Shown: positions 11,028-24,041 of the stretch, in pieces
Numbering within the stretch: position 1 is the stretch's first letter
Layout of the letters: every line of letters begins with the position of its first letter
Assembly: GCF_000143415.4 (NCBI RefSeq)
Contig: NW_003314370.1
Location: 489,517 to 553,516 of the forward strand
Length of the DNA: 64,000 nucleotides
From: Selaginella moellendorffii
Lineage: Eukaryota; Plantae; Lycopodiophyta
Reading direction: 5' to 3'
The notes under the pieces: generated by a model
Database searches by the model: none
What the model saw: only the letters and a program-made list of their open reading frames with translations
What the model was told of the DNA's origin: nothing
Made by a program: the position numbers and the translations under genes

Positions 11028-14000
11028 ATGGCTGTAAGGTTCTTCCCAAATCAAAGAAGAATTTCGCCATTGCAAGACCTTCCATCAACAAGGTATTCTT
11101 CTCTCTTTCTCTCTCATTTTTCTCTTGCTCTTTCTCTTTTCTCATCTTGGATGCATTGTGAAGGAGCCATGAAGCCAAAGACAAAGACTACCAAGTCCTC
11201 AGGATCTACACGAAAATGCGTGACAAGGGCGAGAAGCCGAGCATTTCAATCGTTCTCGCAGCACTCAAGGCATGCAGCAAAACCAGAAACTTGCGAGCTG
11301 GCCGGATCATCCACGCCGATCAGTCAAAGAACAGTGATGAAGAGCTGGAGGTTTTCGTGGCAAACTCGCTCGTAGACATGTACGCCAAGTGTGGGAGCAT
11401 GCTGGAAGCACAGAGAGTCTTCGATCGAATGCCGCGACGTGATGTGATCTCCTGGACTTCTCTCATGTCGGGATACGTGCAAACTGGAAATGGAGAGCTC
11501 GCTTTGGAGCTCTTCGCGTTCCTGCAAGAAGAACAAGGCCTCACTCCCAACGCTCGGACTTTCGTGGCGGCTTTGAGAGCCTGCGCCGATACTGCTGCGA
11601 GAGAAAACTCCATGGAACTTAGCGGGAAACTTGTGAAGCCGGTGTCCTTGGAGAAAGGGATGTTTCTACACTCTCGGGTTGGACAGGAGGAGCTCGGCGC
11701 GGACGTTTTTGTTGCGAGTAGCCTGGTGGAGATGTACTCCAAGTGTGGGAGCTTGGAGGACGCTTACAGGGCCTTTCGGAGGATTGAGAAGCGGGACGTG
11801 GTTTTGTGGAACTCCATGATCATGGGAGCTTCTCAGGGTGGAGATGGCGAGCTTGCGCTGGAGCTCTTCGGCGAGATGCGAAAGGACGGTTTGGTTCCAA
11901 ACTCGAAAACTTTTCAATCGGTGCTAAAGGCTTGTGCTGCTCTTGCAGGGAGAAGAAAATGCTTGGAAGAATGCAAACACATAGCTGATCTTATCTTCAA
12001 GTCTCCACACAAGTCGGACACTGCCGTGTTGAACGCTCTGGTGGACACTTACGTGAAGTGTGGAAGCTTGGCCAGCGGACGCAAGGTGTTTGAGAAAATC
12101 CCGAATCGCGACGTTGTTTCGTGGACTACGCTCATATCTGGATACGCTCAAAGTGGTGACGCTAGCTTGGCTCTAGAGCTCTACGAACGAATGAAGGCCG
12201 AGAAGCTAAGACCAAACGCGAGAACGATGATTGCTGCTGCGAAGGCTTGCACTCAACTTGCAAGAGAAGACGAGAAGGAAATTGGCTTGGAAAAAGGTCG
12301 GGCGATCCACTCGGAGGCAGTAACGGGTGGATTCGAGTCGGATATCTTCGTTGCAAACGCGCTGATCGACATGTATGGAGAGTGTGGGAGCTTGCCGGAA
12401 GCTCGACAGGTTTTCGATAGAATGCCACAGCGTGATATCGTTTCGTGGAACATCATGATTCTGAAGTATGCTTCGAGCAGTGATCCGGGACATGCTTTGG
12501 AGCTCTTTGACAGGCTGAAACAACGAGAAAAAAGACAAGAACAAGGCTTGAAAGCAAATGCTCGAACTTACGTTGCAGCACTCAAGGCTTGCGCTGAGCT
12601 TTCTTGTGGAAGCCACCAAAGAGAAGGAGACGAAGGAGTGGATTTACAAAACAGGAACAGGTGTCTAGAAAAGGCTCGAGAAATTCAATCGCAAGCCGAG
12701 AAGGATGATTTTTCTTGCGATGCTTTTATCGGCAGCTCGCTCGTGGATATATTTGCAAAGTGTGGGAGGCCGGAAGAAGCTCGCCAGGTCCTCGAAAGAA
12801 TGAACAACAGGGATGTGATCTCATGGAGTGCTCTGATTCTGGGATATGTTCACAGTGGAGAAACAAATCTAGCGTTGGAATGCTTCGCTCGGATGCAAGA
12901 AGAAGATGGTTTGAAACCCGACGCTCGAGCTTACGTTGCCGGGATAAAGGCCTGCTGTGCAGGTTTTCGAGCTAAACCGGAGGAGCAGGCAAAGTTTGTG
13001 AGCGCCGGAACAGCGATACACTCTCGGCTTGGTGACTATGAATCGCAAACTTTGGTGGCAAACGCTCTAGTGGATATGTACGCCAACTTTGGAAGGATGG
13101 ACGACGCGAAGAGGGTGTTTGATAGGATGAAGCAGCGAGATCTCATCTCGTGGACGGCATTGATTCTGGGATACGCGAAGAGTGGGAAGAGCGAGCTTGC
13201 ATTGGAGCTCTTTGAGCGCATGCAAAGCGAAGAAGGATTGGAACCGGATGCTAGAACTTTTGTTGTTGCTCTCAAGGCTTGCTCCGAGGCTGTGAGTGGA
13301 AGTGGAGAGAAAATGGCCGAGAAGGAGAAGATTGATGCTTCTTTGAGAGCTTGGTGCCTGGACAAAGGTGCTGCTCTCCACGCTCAAGTTCTGCAAGGCG
13401 GGCACGAGGACGATCTCTTCGTTGCAAATGGTCTGCTCGAGATGTACGTGAAGTGTGGGAGTGTGGGAGACGCTCTTAAAGTTTTCAACAGGATGAAGCA
13501 ACCGGACTTGGCAGCTTGGAACTTGATGATCACAGGTTATGCTCAGAGTCGTGACGAAGCAAGCTTGGCTCTCGAGCTTTTCTCCAGAATGAAAGAGCAA
13601 CGATCGCTACTGCCGGATGCTAGAACTTACGCTGCGGTAGTGAAGGCTTGCACCACTCTCGCGGCACTGGAAACCGGGAGAGAAATCCATGCTGAAAGTC
13701 GCAAGGCGGGACTCGAGAGTGACGAGCTTGTCGCGAGTTCTCTGGTGGATTTCTACGCGAAGTGTGGGAGCATGGCCGAGAGCGAGCAAGTCTTCGAAGC
13801 CATGTCTCGAAAGAACTTGGTAGCGTGGAACGCTCTCATCGCAGGCTATGGCTACCACGGCGACACCGGGAAAGTTTTCTCCCTGTTCGAGAGGATGCAA
13901 GCTTCTAGTTCTCTACAACCAGATGGAGTGACGCTTCTCTGCGTGCTCAACGCATGCAACCACGCGGGGCTCGTCGACAAAGGGAGGGAGATCTTTGAGA

Positions 14001-14359
14001 AGATGCGCTCCTCGTCTAGCAGCTTTGGCGTGGCTCCCGGACTTGGGCACTACACTTGCATGGTCGATCTTCTCGGGAGGAAGAACCATCTCCGGGAAGC
14101 GCTGGCTATGGTGGAAGCGATGCCTATTAGAGCGGACAGGGTGATATGGATGACGGTGCTAGCGGCCGCTTGGAAGTGGAAGGATGTGGAAGTGGCCAGG
14201 ATCGCGTTTGAGGCAGTGGTGGAGCTAGACAGCGAGGATTCGGCAGCTTACTCGCTCATGGCAAACACGTATGCCGCGGCTGGAATGTGGAAAGAAAGCC
14301 ACGAAATACGAAGAAGAATGAAGACGATGGATCATCACTCGAGAGTTCCATCTAGCTGA
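11028..14359 (+). CDS. PLS-class PPR protein with C-terminal E domain and no DYW (organellar RNA editing factor); short exon 1 (11028-11092) probably encodes a transit peptide
   Basis: The 1047-aa ORF has P-L-S repeats (VFVANSLVDMYAKCGS, DVISWT, PDARTFV) and an E-type tail (HYTCMVDLLGR...AYSLMANTYAAAGMW). Intron 11093-11163 joins MAVRFFPNQRRISPLQDLPSTR in frame. Confidence 0.93.
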
Positions 14360-14443
14360 CCAAAGAAAGAATCATCAAAACGAGGATCAGAAAACCATCC
14401 ATCCATACAAACACAAATCTATACTAATTTATACTAGTTTATT

Positions 14444-15786
14444 TCATGACCATATCATTGCAACTAAACCCACTGCTGCTGCTGTGATCACCACTCCAAT
14501 TAATATGGTGATTGATGTGAATGAGCTATCATATGTGTTCTCTTGGGTTTCATCTGGGTGATCGATGAAACCGAGCTCAGATAATTTCTTATGAGACCAC
14601 GCATAATCACGGAAAAATGTGTCTTTATCCTGCTCTCGAAATTATTATAATCATCTCCACAAACCTTGTGATCGATTACCTTGGCATAAGTTTCAACATA
14701 TTGACGAAATACTTTGTCATCCATCAAACACGTATCTGTTGGTAGCTTTAAAAGTCCAGTTTTTTCTCCTTCAATCAGCTCACTATTCACATGGGATAGA
14801 AGAAAAAAAAAATGGTAAAAAAAAAGACTTGAACAGGAAGAAAGACTTATACATGAAATAAGAATTGTCAAAGGTCAGAGGATTTGATGTCCATGGTCCA
14901 TCAAATCCTGATCTGTCCTTGTGAGCTCTTCCCTGCCAAAAATGTCTTTAAAAAAAACTTTATAAATCCCAAAGGTCTCACCAGTGTATGACCACCAGAT
15001 AATGCAACTATATCTTTGTCATTTAAGCCCATCCTACCAAAAACATCTCTCAAGTGATTTGCACCTAAATTGCAAATTTAGAGATCATAAATGAAAATTA
15101 TCATATCAATAAGAAAAGTATTTAGAAATTATCAATGACCTTGAGAAGCATCTGGTAAACGCCCTTCAGGGGGTATTACTGAAGAATCCTGTAAGAAAAA
15201 AAAGAAAATGCATGGTGTTCAAAGATTAATGTTTTACCATACTTTTCTTCCTGAAACAAAATTGATTGTTGGTCCTCCAGTGACTTCCACTGCTGTAACT
15301 CCTGCTAGCTAATTATCCAAACAACATATATATGAGCCAGATACATTATTTATCTTTTTATTTCAATATGCAAACCTGGTAAAGATCTGCATAGCTTATT
15401 TTGGGGCACTTCTCTTTGATTTCCTCTAGAAAAAATAAATCATGATTACCGCAGAATTCAGCCAAAAGTAAACTCTACTCACCACAAAGATCAATAGCAG
15501 CCTTAATGCCCCTATTTGCAAAATGATTATATTCACCCTCTAGTCGAATTGATCCATTTGGACCTCCTGTTTTTGTTTCCCGATCATAGGTTCCTGCATC
15601 ATGCCACCTTAAAGAAAAAAATGTTTCAAGATCATACAAATAAACCAAGCTCCATATATTCACTTACGCTAGCCTTAGCATGATCGGAGCACATTGCTTC
15701 TCAACAATCATTCCACGGAGCTCTTGCCTGGCCTCCTCGATTTCCATGACATACTCATCATCAACAAGGGGAACTTCAGCAGCCAT
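14444..15786 (-). CDS. APX: L-ascorbate peroxidase, membrane-anchored (APX3/5-like)
   Basis: CAPIMLRLA|[23 protein letters not shown]|[23 protein letters not shown]|GRAH, FDNSYF, LPTD; hydrophobic C-terminal tail [20 protein letters not shown]. Confidence 0.93.
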
Positions 15787-16213
15787 GGTGTTTTCTAGTC
15801 CCGCCCCCAAAGTTTTATACCACAGAGGATCACTTCCTTACCTTGGAAACTACCCAAAGATATCCCAAGTGTTTAAACCAAGTTTCCAAAGAGCCCTCAA
15901 TTTCGAGAGCTATTGGCGGGAAATCGAAGATCCTAAAGTTCCGCTTTATGGCTGGCTGGTAAGATGGATCGGTGCTTCAATCGCTGCCCGCTGCCTACTA
16001 TTTAATCTAACACGGTGGCGCGTCGTTTTCCGTGGCATAGAAAATTCAGCTCACAAGGGGCCCATATAAGTCCACAGCACTACCTTTTTTATGTACGAGA
16101 TCCTTGCGACTTCCATCGCGCAGAGAAATGTAAGAACTGGTACTGTTTCTTTTTTCTTCCTATTCCCGCGGTAGAAGGCGTAGAAGAATTCTTTAGTTTC
16201 TTCTCGCGGAGGA

Positions 16214-18035
16214 ATGGATCTCATCTGGAATGTTGTCACAGCAGGGGTCTCTCTGATAGCAACGATATGTGTTTGGCAACTGGCTCGCGATTTTCTTTGG
16301 AGGCCTCGGCGGCTCCTCCAGGCTTTCAAGCAGCAAGGCGTCCTGGGACCGGTTCCACGCTTGTTCCTCGGGAACTTGGATCAAGTACGCGAGCTCATGG
16401 CAGTCGAAGTTGCCAAGAGTTCCACTGGCGAAATTAGAGACGACAATCATGGTGGCGTTGTGGCGAAAGTCCTTCCTTACTATGCAGCGTGGTCCAGATC
16501 ATACGGTACGAAATCGATCGTTTTCCCAGTTTTTGTGGATGATTGAAGCTCGCGGAATGTGTACGCAGGTCAAACGTTTTTGGTGTGGTGGGGATCACAG
16601 CCAAGGCTGATGATAAGCGATCCAGAGCTGATGAAAGAAGTGCTTTGCGACAAAAGTGGGAGTCTTGACAGGGATCCCGGCCAGCATGCTGCCAGGGATT
16701 TGTTTGGGGATGGGATCGCGTTGCTGACTATGAACGAGAGATGGTCCCAAAAGCGAAAGATGGTCTCTTTGGCTTTCCACAACGAGAAGCTCAAAGTGAT
16801 TAACTCTCTCTATTTTGAAAGTTTTCATTTTTCTTTCTCCACCAAGCTTCTAAATGTTTTCATTTGCAGTTGATGATCGATGCTATGGTAGCTTGCGTCG
16901 AGGAGAACCTCAAGCAGTGGAAAACCACCGAGGGACCGGTGGATGTTGCGTCAAAGCTCCGAGGCATCACACAGGATGTTTTGTGCCGGACGGCTTTTGG
17001 GACGAGCTACGCGGCAGGAAAGGAAGTTTTCGAGATGCAAATCGAGCAGCAATACATTCACTTGGAGTGGCAAGGTCAAGTTCATCTCCCTGGTTTTAGG
17101 TGCGGTTTTTGTCTCTTTCTCTTCGTTCTATACGCCTTCTTGATAAACGTAAGCGCTTCTTTAGATTTCTTCCAACGTCCACCAATCGACGCAGGTGGAC
17201 TTTAAAGCAACAAATCGACAGCAAGCTTCGACAAATCGTCGTAAACCGATTGAAGGAGTCGAGTGTCAGTGGATCATACGGGAAGGATCTCTTGGGATTG
17301 ATGCTGGCTGCAAAAGATGGAGTTTTGGATTTTAACAACGGTAAGAAGCTGGACATCCAGGTGACGATGCAGGACGTGATCGACGAGTGCAAGACTTTCT
17401 TTTTCACGGGCCAAGAAACGTCGGCAGCTCTACTAGCGTGGACGATGCTGCTTTTGGCACTCAATCCCGACTGGCAGACTCGGCTACGTCAAGAAGTTTG
17501 TCAAGTTTGTGGACAAGTCTCCGCTCCAAACACTTTGGAGATGCTCGGCAATCTCAAATCCGTAAACTTGCCATTCCTCTATTATCTTGTTATTTTGTAA
17601 AACTCTTTCTTTCTTTTGCTCCAGATGACAATGGTGATCAACGAGGCTCTTAGAATGTACCCCCCGGTTCCTTTGCTAAATCGCTACACACACAACAAGG
17701 TCAAGCTCAAAGAACTCGTCATCCCAAAAGGAACTCTGCTACTCGTGCCTCTGATCGTCATAAACTACAACGAGAAGTTCTGGGGGGGAGATGCCAAGAG
17801 CTTCAATCCAAATAGGTTCGTCTCCCAACAGCAAAGGCCGTTCTTGCCGTTCTCGGTGGGGCCGCGAACTTGCGTGGGACAGAGCTTCGCCATAATCGAG
17901 ACGAAGATCATTCTTGCGATGATCCTACGCAAGTTCACGTTTGAGCTCTCGGAAACTTACGTCCACTCGCCATTTCAGGTGCTAACTTTGCAGCCAAAGT
18001 TTGGCATGCCGATGAATCTCCTGGCAAACCAGTGA
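16214..18035 (+). CDS. Cytochrome P450, CYP72 clan
   Basis: N-terminal anchor, QGVLGP, DECKTFFFTGQETS (I-helix), EALR (ExxR), FNPNRF and FLPFSVGPRTCVG heme motif; five exons. Confidence 0.93.
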
Positions 18036-18294
18036 AAGTCTTCAAAGAACAATAACATTTTCCAAACTTTGACGAACAGTACGTAATTGGTTAAAGAAAT
18101 ATAAATTTGTGTTACCTTTTAACAAATCAAGGTTATGTTTTCAATACTGATTTAACTACAAATTAGGAAGATTATAAGAAAAGGGGGCAAAAGGAAAAAA
18201 AAATTCATTTCCATCCTTTACCTTTTGCTGTACATTGGAGCTATGCAAAATTATAGATAAGCCATAAATTTATTTTAGCTTTTTATTTCAAATG

Positions 18295-18473
18295 AAAATC
18301 TGGTAAAGACTTATTTTCTTCTCTCTGAAAAACAAATCAAGATTAAGTAACACCCTTTATATTTGCTCACACTAGCTTATGATCTGAGCATATTGCTTCT
18401 CATCAATCATTCCACCAAACTCTTGGTCCATGACATATTCATGATCAATAAATGGAAATGTTCCAGCAGCCAT
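18295..18473 (-). pseudogene. Decayed remnant of the APX 5' exons, part of the APX/CYP tandem duplication
   Basis: 18360-18473 (tgatctgagcatattgcttctcatcaatcattccac...catgacatattc...cagcagccatgg) matches 15660-15788, with deletions. Confidence 0.75.
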
Positions 18474-18756
18474 GGTAATTCCTATAACCGCCCCCGCCAC
18501 CAAGAGCCCTAAATTTCGAAAGCTATTGGCGGGAATGAGGACTCTCTACTCTTTGGCGCGTCGTTTTCCGGATCATAGAAATATCAGCTCAATGGGGCCT
18601 ATCTCTCTTTGAAGTCCACGGCACTACCTTTCTTTTGTACGAGATCCTCGTTGCTTGCGACTTCCCATCACGCAGATACGTTTCTTTAGCAGGTTTTGAA
18701 CAAGCTAACGTCAGACTTTTTAATTTTAATTCTCTCCTCTTTCCTTTCTACGAGGA

Positions 18757-19900
18757 ATGGATCTAATCTGGAATGTTGTCACAGCAGGGATCTCTCTGGC
18801 AGCAACCATATGTGTTTGGCAATGGGCTCGCGACTTCCTGTGGAGGTCTCGGCTCCTCCTCCAGGCTTTCAAGCAGCAAGGCGTCTTGGGACCGATCCCA
18901 CGCTTGTTCCTCGGAAACTTGGATCAAATGCGCGAGCTCATGGCAGTAGAAGTTGCCAAGAGTTCCACTGGCGAGATTAGCAACGACAATCATGCTGGCG
19001 TTGTGGCGAAAGTTATTCCCTACTATGCAGCGTGGTCCAGATCATACGGTACGAGATCGATCTTTTCCCAGTCTTCGTGGAATCGTTCGTGATGATTGAA
19101 GCTCGATGAATCTTTGAACATGCGAAACGTTTTTGGTTTGGCTGGGATCACAGCCAAGGCTGATGATAAGCGATCCAGAGCTGATAAAAGAAGTGCTTTG
19201 CGACAAAAGTGGGAGCTTTGACAGAGAACCCGGCCAGCATGCCGCCAGGGATATGGGATTCCGTTGCTGACTATGAACAAGAGATGGTTTCAAAAGCGAA
19301 AGATGGTCTCTTTGGCTTTCCACAGCGAGAAGCTCAAGGTTTCAAAACTTTTAGTTTCTTCAGCTTCTGAATGTTTTCCTTCTTGTTTTCCCTCAGTTGA
19401 TGATCGATGCTATGGTAGCTTGCGTCGAGGAGAACCTCAAGCAGTGGAAGAACCGCTGGACCGGTGGATGTTGCGTTAAAGCTCCGAGACATCACACAGG
19501 ATGTTTTGTGCCGGACGGCTTTTGGGACGAGCTACACTGCAGGGAAGGAAGTTTTCGAGATGCAAATCGAGCAGCAATACATTCACTTGGAGTGGCAAGG
19601 TCAAGTTCATCTCCCTGGTTTTAGGTGCGGTTTTTGTCTCTTTTCTTTTCGTTTTCTTCGCCTTCCTGATAGACTTATTAGATTTCTTCCAACGTCCACC
19701 AATCGACGCAGGTGGACTTTAAAGCAACAAATCGACAGCAAGCTTCGTAAACCGATTGAAGGAGTCGCCATGATCGAGACGAAGATCATCCTTGCGATGA
19801 TCCTACTTAAGTTCACGTTTGAGCTCTCGGGAACTTACGCCCACTCGCCGTTTCAGGGCCAAACAGCCAAAGTTTGGCATGCCGATGAATCTCTCGGCCA
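18757..19900 (+). pseudogene. Pseudogenised tandem copy of the CYP72-clan P450
   Basis: Exon 1 is near-identical to copy 1. Later exons are frameshifted, and the segment equivalent to 17262-17889 (I-helix, ExxR, heme Cys) is deleted. Confidence 0.92.
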
Positions 19901-19948
19901 AAGAAAAATCACACTTTCACAAAACATAGATATATAAGTTTTTCTCTA

Positions 19949-21593
19949 ATGAAAAAAGGAAGATCTTTATCAATGGCGATGGCTATGGCATCGTGCAGTG
20001 GCAGAATCCCAAGTGGTCTTACATTGTCGCGAAGATCCAGGCACAGATTCGTGGCCGCTGCGTCCGAGGATGATTCCAGAGTAGCAATTCAAGAAGAAGC
20101 TTCTTCCGCGATCGACGTTGTCAAGAAAGAATTTCAGGCAAGGAGATACCATGTGGAGAATGACAAAATGTTCGACATATTGGGCGCTTCCTTGGCAGTG
20201 CCGCTTCGTCTGGGAACAGGAGCTCTCGTCCAAGGGTATGAGAAAAAAAAAATTCTCTAATTTGATTTTCTATGCTTGGATATAGCTACAAGGCATCCTT
20301 TGTTCCCAAGGAGCAAGTTCCACCGTCGCAGTACTCGCTCTTTGATTTTGGAGGTAAAAAGTTTTTTTTTTTTCTTATAATCTGTAGAGAGTTTGGTAAT
20401 AAATCAGGACAGAAGCTCGTGGAGACTGCAGAGCTAGGAGCTCGACCGCAACAGCCCATACAAATCTATGAATTCGAAGGGTAATCTTTCGTTTTTTCTT
20501 CTTTCGTTCTTTCATCGCTTACTGATGGTTTCTTTTTTTCCTTAGTTGTCCATTTTGTCGTAAGGTAACTCAGATTGCAAGCGATTGGAAAGGCCTGAAG
20601 AAAAGTGTGTTTGATTTCATAGGTCAGAGAAGCTGCTACGATCCTGGATCTCGACATCTTGTTTTATCCCTGTCCTAAAGACGGTCCAACCTATCGACCC
20701 AAAGCTATCGAACTTGGTGGTAAAAAGCAATTCCCTTACATGGTAAGCTTTGCAAACTTTAAGCTTTCTATCAAATGCTCGTTTTTGTTTTGTTTTTTCG
20801 TCAGGTAGATCCCAACACGGATGTTGCAATGTACGAATCGGATGAAATCATCAAGTACCTTGTAGATAAATACGGTAAATTGTTTTCAAATACCACATAG
20901 ACTTGTTAGTTTATCCTCGATTGTTTTTCCAGGGAATGGGAAGGTGCCTTTTATGCTGTCACTGGGTTTCTTCACGGTAATGTATTGTGTATATATTTTT
21001 TCCACCGGCTTTTCATTTGCTATCAAATTATAACAGACTCTAACAGCAGGATTAGCAATGCTTGGGCGTGCAGGCAAGGTGAACTTTTACGTCTTTCACT
21101 TTGACGATACAAACCAGGTTTTTGTTTTCAAACCAGGGATCCCAATACGTTCCTGCGAGAAAACCAGACAAGCCTCTAAAGATCTGGGCGTACGAGGTGA
21201 ATTGAAAACTCAAAAAAGAAAGAGAGAGCTATATCTTAAAGCTGGATTTTGTGAGCAGCTTTCGCCTTTCTGTAAGATCGCACGAGAAAGGCTGGTTGAA
21301 TTGGAGCTCCCTCACGTTTACTACAAGTAAGTCTCTAGTTTGTGTTTTCTTCTCTCGAGAGCTCTTTTTTAAGTCTCTACTTTACACTGTCCAGTGCCGC
21401 TCGTGGAAGTCCCAAACGAAATTATCTCTTGGAACGGACTGGAATTTTTCAGGTACTCATAAATTCGATACAATGGTGTTGGAATTACTCTTTTGTTTCC
21501 CAGGTTCCTTTCTTAGAAGACCCCAACACCGGCGTGGAGATGTTTGAAAGCTCGGAGATTATCAAGTATCTTAACACAACGTATGCCTTGTAA
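19949..21593 (+). CDS. Plastid GST2N / thioredoxin-fold protein with two GST-N (glutaredoxin-like) domains
   Basis: Transit-like N-terminus; IYEFEG|CPFCRKVRE, GGKKQFPYM|VDPNT...YESDEIIKYL; second domain LSPFCKIARE...QVPFLEDPNTGVEMFESSEIIKYL. The start may be 19949 or a few codons downstream. Confidence 0.88.
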
Positions 21594-21671
21594 AGAAAAG
21601 AGATTCTCATTTTATAGATAAATTCAAGCAGCAGTTTTGGAAGTAGATTATTAATTTTGGACACACGAAAT

Positions 21672-23446
21672 TTAGTTGTAGTACAGTCGGAGTTTTGGTT
21701 GAGTTTGGCACTCGACGTCCCAAACCATGCCTAAACCCTGAGGTTTTTCCCTGAATTTCTGTGTCTCTGGCAACACTCCCTTGCAAGGATTCATCTGGGA
21801 AAGATAGAAGTAGCAAAGTATTAGAAGTTAGAAAGAACTTCTACTAAAACTTACATATCGCCCGAGTGGGAACTCTGCTTTCACGTAATCGTGACCAACA
21901 AACTTCTGGTTCCAGAGCAAATCGTGAGAATAATATTTCCTGAAAAACGAAAAAACAAATCAGAGCATATCTGCGATTTAAAAACTTAAACTCGTACTCT
22001 GGTTGCTTGATGACGATCTCTGAGCCATCTTCTTCATCGGCTTCAATATGTCCCCAAACAGTACCTCTAAAGTGATATGCCGGATAATGTTCCAATCCCA
22101 GTGTAAATCTCGTCACCGGAGTCTCAGACACGGGAATGCCCATGAATCTCTTCTCATTGTTTTCCTGATCAGAAATTTAATTAATATCAATTAATAAGAA
22201 AAACTCCATAAAATTCTAGTAAGGAGACCAACCTTTCGTATGTCATGCTTGCAAGGATCGACCACATCCTTGAGGCTGTACTTAATTGTATGCTCCAGGG
22301 GCTCGAAAGGATTATAATCTGGACGTGGAAAATCTCTCAAAATCATCTGCTTGTTGGCTATCGAACAGTATTGATACTGGTACCATCCTGCAAATTGGCA
22401 AATGAATGAATTAACTGAAAGCTTAAGATTTCTTACTGAGCTTGTCCTTGATGTAATCCGGAGACATTCCATTCAGCTCGTCCTCGATCTGCCTCTGTAT
22501 GGGCTCGAAAACTTGCATTCTCCACTTCTCATACAAGATCGCAAGCTTCTTGACATTCTTCTCGTCAACCAGCTCGATCATATCGCCCATTTGCCGCAGT
22601 ATGTGTCCCTTTTTGTACTCCGAGCCTCTGGAATACGATCGATACATCTTTTCAAACTTGATCTCGTCTTTCCTCCTCTTGCGCTCCTTGATCCTCTCGA
22701 CCAGCTTTTCCAGGGAAAAACAACGCAAACAATCAGCCAAAGAATCTCGCGAGAGCAACTTCAGAAGAGTTTACCTTAGAAACATTCTCACAAGAAAGAT
22801 TTAGGTTCCAACCTCCTTCTCCTCGGGTGAGTAGCACAGGAAATTCTCAACAGGTGTGTTCCTGAGCTTGTATCCGACTTGCTCACAATACCATCCTCGC
22901 CTAACTTTGTAGCCACGAACCTTATATTTCCTCTGCATGGATGATCACGTATCAATTCTTATGTAAAATCGTAAGATCGAGACTTACACGTTTCTTCCTG
23001 ACCCGAGGAACCAGCTTTGAATCCGGCGGCGGCTTTGGAGCATGAACAACACTCCTGGGTGCGGGACAGCCTCGGATCCAGCGCAGGGGTTTGAAGAAAT
23101 CCAGAAATGCATCAGGCTTGGTCATGGTGATCTGGCCTTGGGGATTTGGCTCCTCCTCTTCATCCGCTTGCTTGGCCAACTTTGGGCGGAAGAACCCGAT
23201 ATACGAGAGTGGCTTGCATGGCGAGATCTCCCCCGGCACAACGGGAAGGTCGTGCGGGAGCCGCTTCTTCTTGTTCTTGCGGTATTTCTTCACCTTGGCT
23301 TGATCCAGGTGGTCGTCCAGCGGCGAAGCGGGCCGCCTCCTCTCCTTGTTGCGTGGGATCTCCACCTTTCTCCATGGAACTGGGAAGCGCTCCTTCTTGG
23401 AGTAGCGTTTCTTTGGCGGAGGAGCTCCCCAATTGTCCCAGGCCAT
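21672..23446 (-). CDS. FAM228-like (cilia-associated) protein with a long basic N-terminal extension
   Basis: Spliced segments KKLAILYEKWRMQVFEPIQRQI, ILRDFPRPDYNPF..IKY..DPCK, RFTLGL..GTVWGH and KAEFPLGR resemble recalled FAM228 motifs. Exon-intron structure is clear; the family call is tentative. Confidence 0.6.
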
Positions 23447-23649
23447 GGCTAGAAATCTCTTTTGCAAGACAATAGAGATGGAGATTGAGAATGAGAGAGA
23501 GCAAACCCAAGAAAAAAGGAGGAGAACAATGGTGGAAAATTTGCGCGCGCTTGCTGCTTGAGCCGGCCGGCTTTCCTACCACCGTTTTCCACCTGTATGG
23601 TTTGCCACGTGGAATAGTATCTTTTTTTAAAAAAAGTTTGAAAAAGTAC

Positions 23650-23816
23650 AACATAGCTGAAGGTACAAAGGATGATAGATTTGAAAAGAAATTATAACAT
23701 AGTTGAAGGTACAAAGGATGATAGATTTGAAAACAAACTATAACATGGCTGAAGGTGATAGATTTGGGAAACAGACTATAGTCTATACTTGAAGTTACAA
23801 AGGATGATAGATTTAA
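23650..23816. repeat. Degenerate ~46-bp tandem minisatellite, 3-4 copies
   Basis: Core TGAAGGTACAAAGGATGATAGATTT recurs near 23658, 23704, 23750 (with a deletion) and 23790. Confidence 0.85.
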
Positions 23817-24041
23817 TCACGGGTAGGTATATGGTAGCGGGGGGTGTTTGCATAGCTCGAACTGCTTCTTGAAGAAGTCTGGCTCGGTTGGCGCGATGAG
23901 ATCCATGATCTCCATCATATCTGGAGGCTGCCCTAGCAGCTCGGCGTAGATCATCGCCCTCACGTATTGGCCCTTGGAAGCATAGAAATATGCGTTCGTC
24001 CGCCACTCTTTCTTTTGCTTTTGGCTTGGAGACTTTTCCAT
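23817..24041 (-). CDS. Small intronless orphan ORF (74 aa)
   Basis: MEKSPSQKQKKEWRTNAYFYASKGQYVRAMIYAELLGQPPDMMEIMDLIAPTEPDFFKKQFELCKHPPLPYTYP. It is a GC-richer island with TATAAAG about 35 bp upstream and a telo-box at ~24050. Confidence 0.5.
   Translation of the reverse strand: MEKSPSQKQKKEWRTNAYFYASKGQYVRAMIYAELLGQPPDMMEIMDLIAPTEPDFFKKQFELCKHPPLPYTYP

Noticed and set aside
23650-23816. Regularly spaced repeat resembling a CRISPR array
   Set aside because: The inter-core sequences are themselves homologous (a tandem minisatellite), the context is eukaryotic and there are no cas genes.
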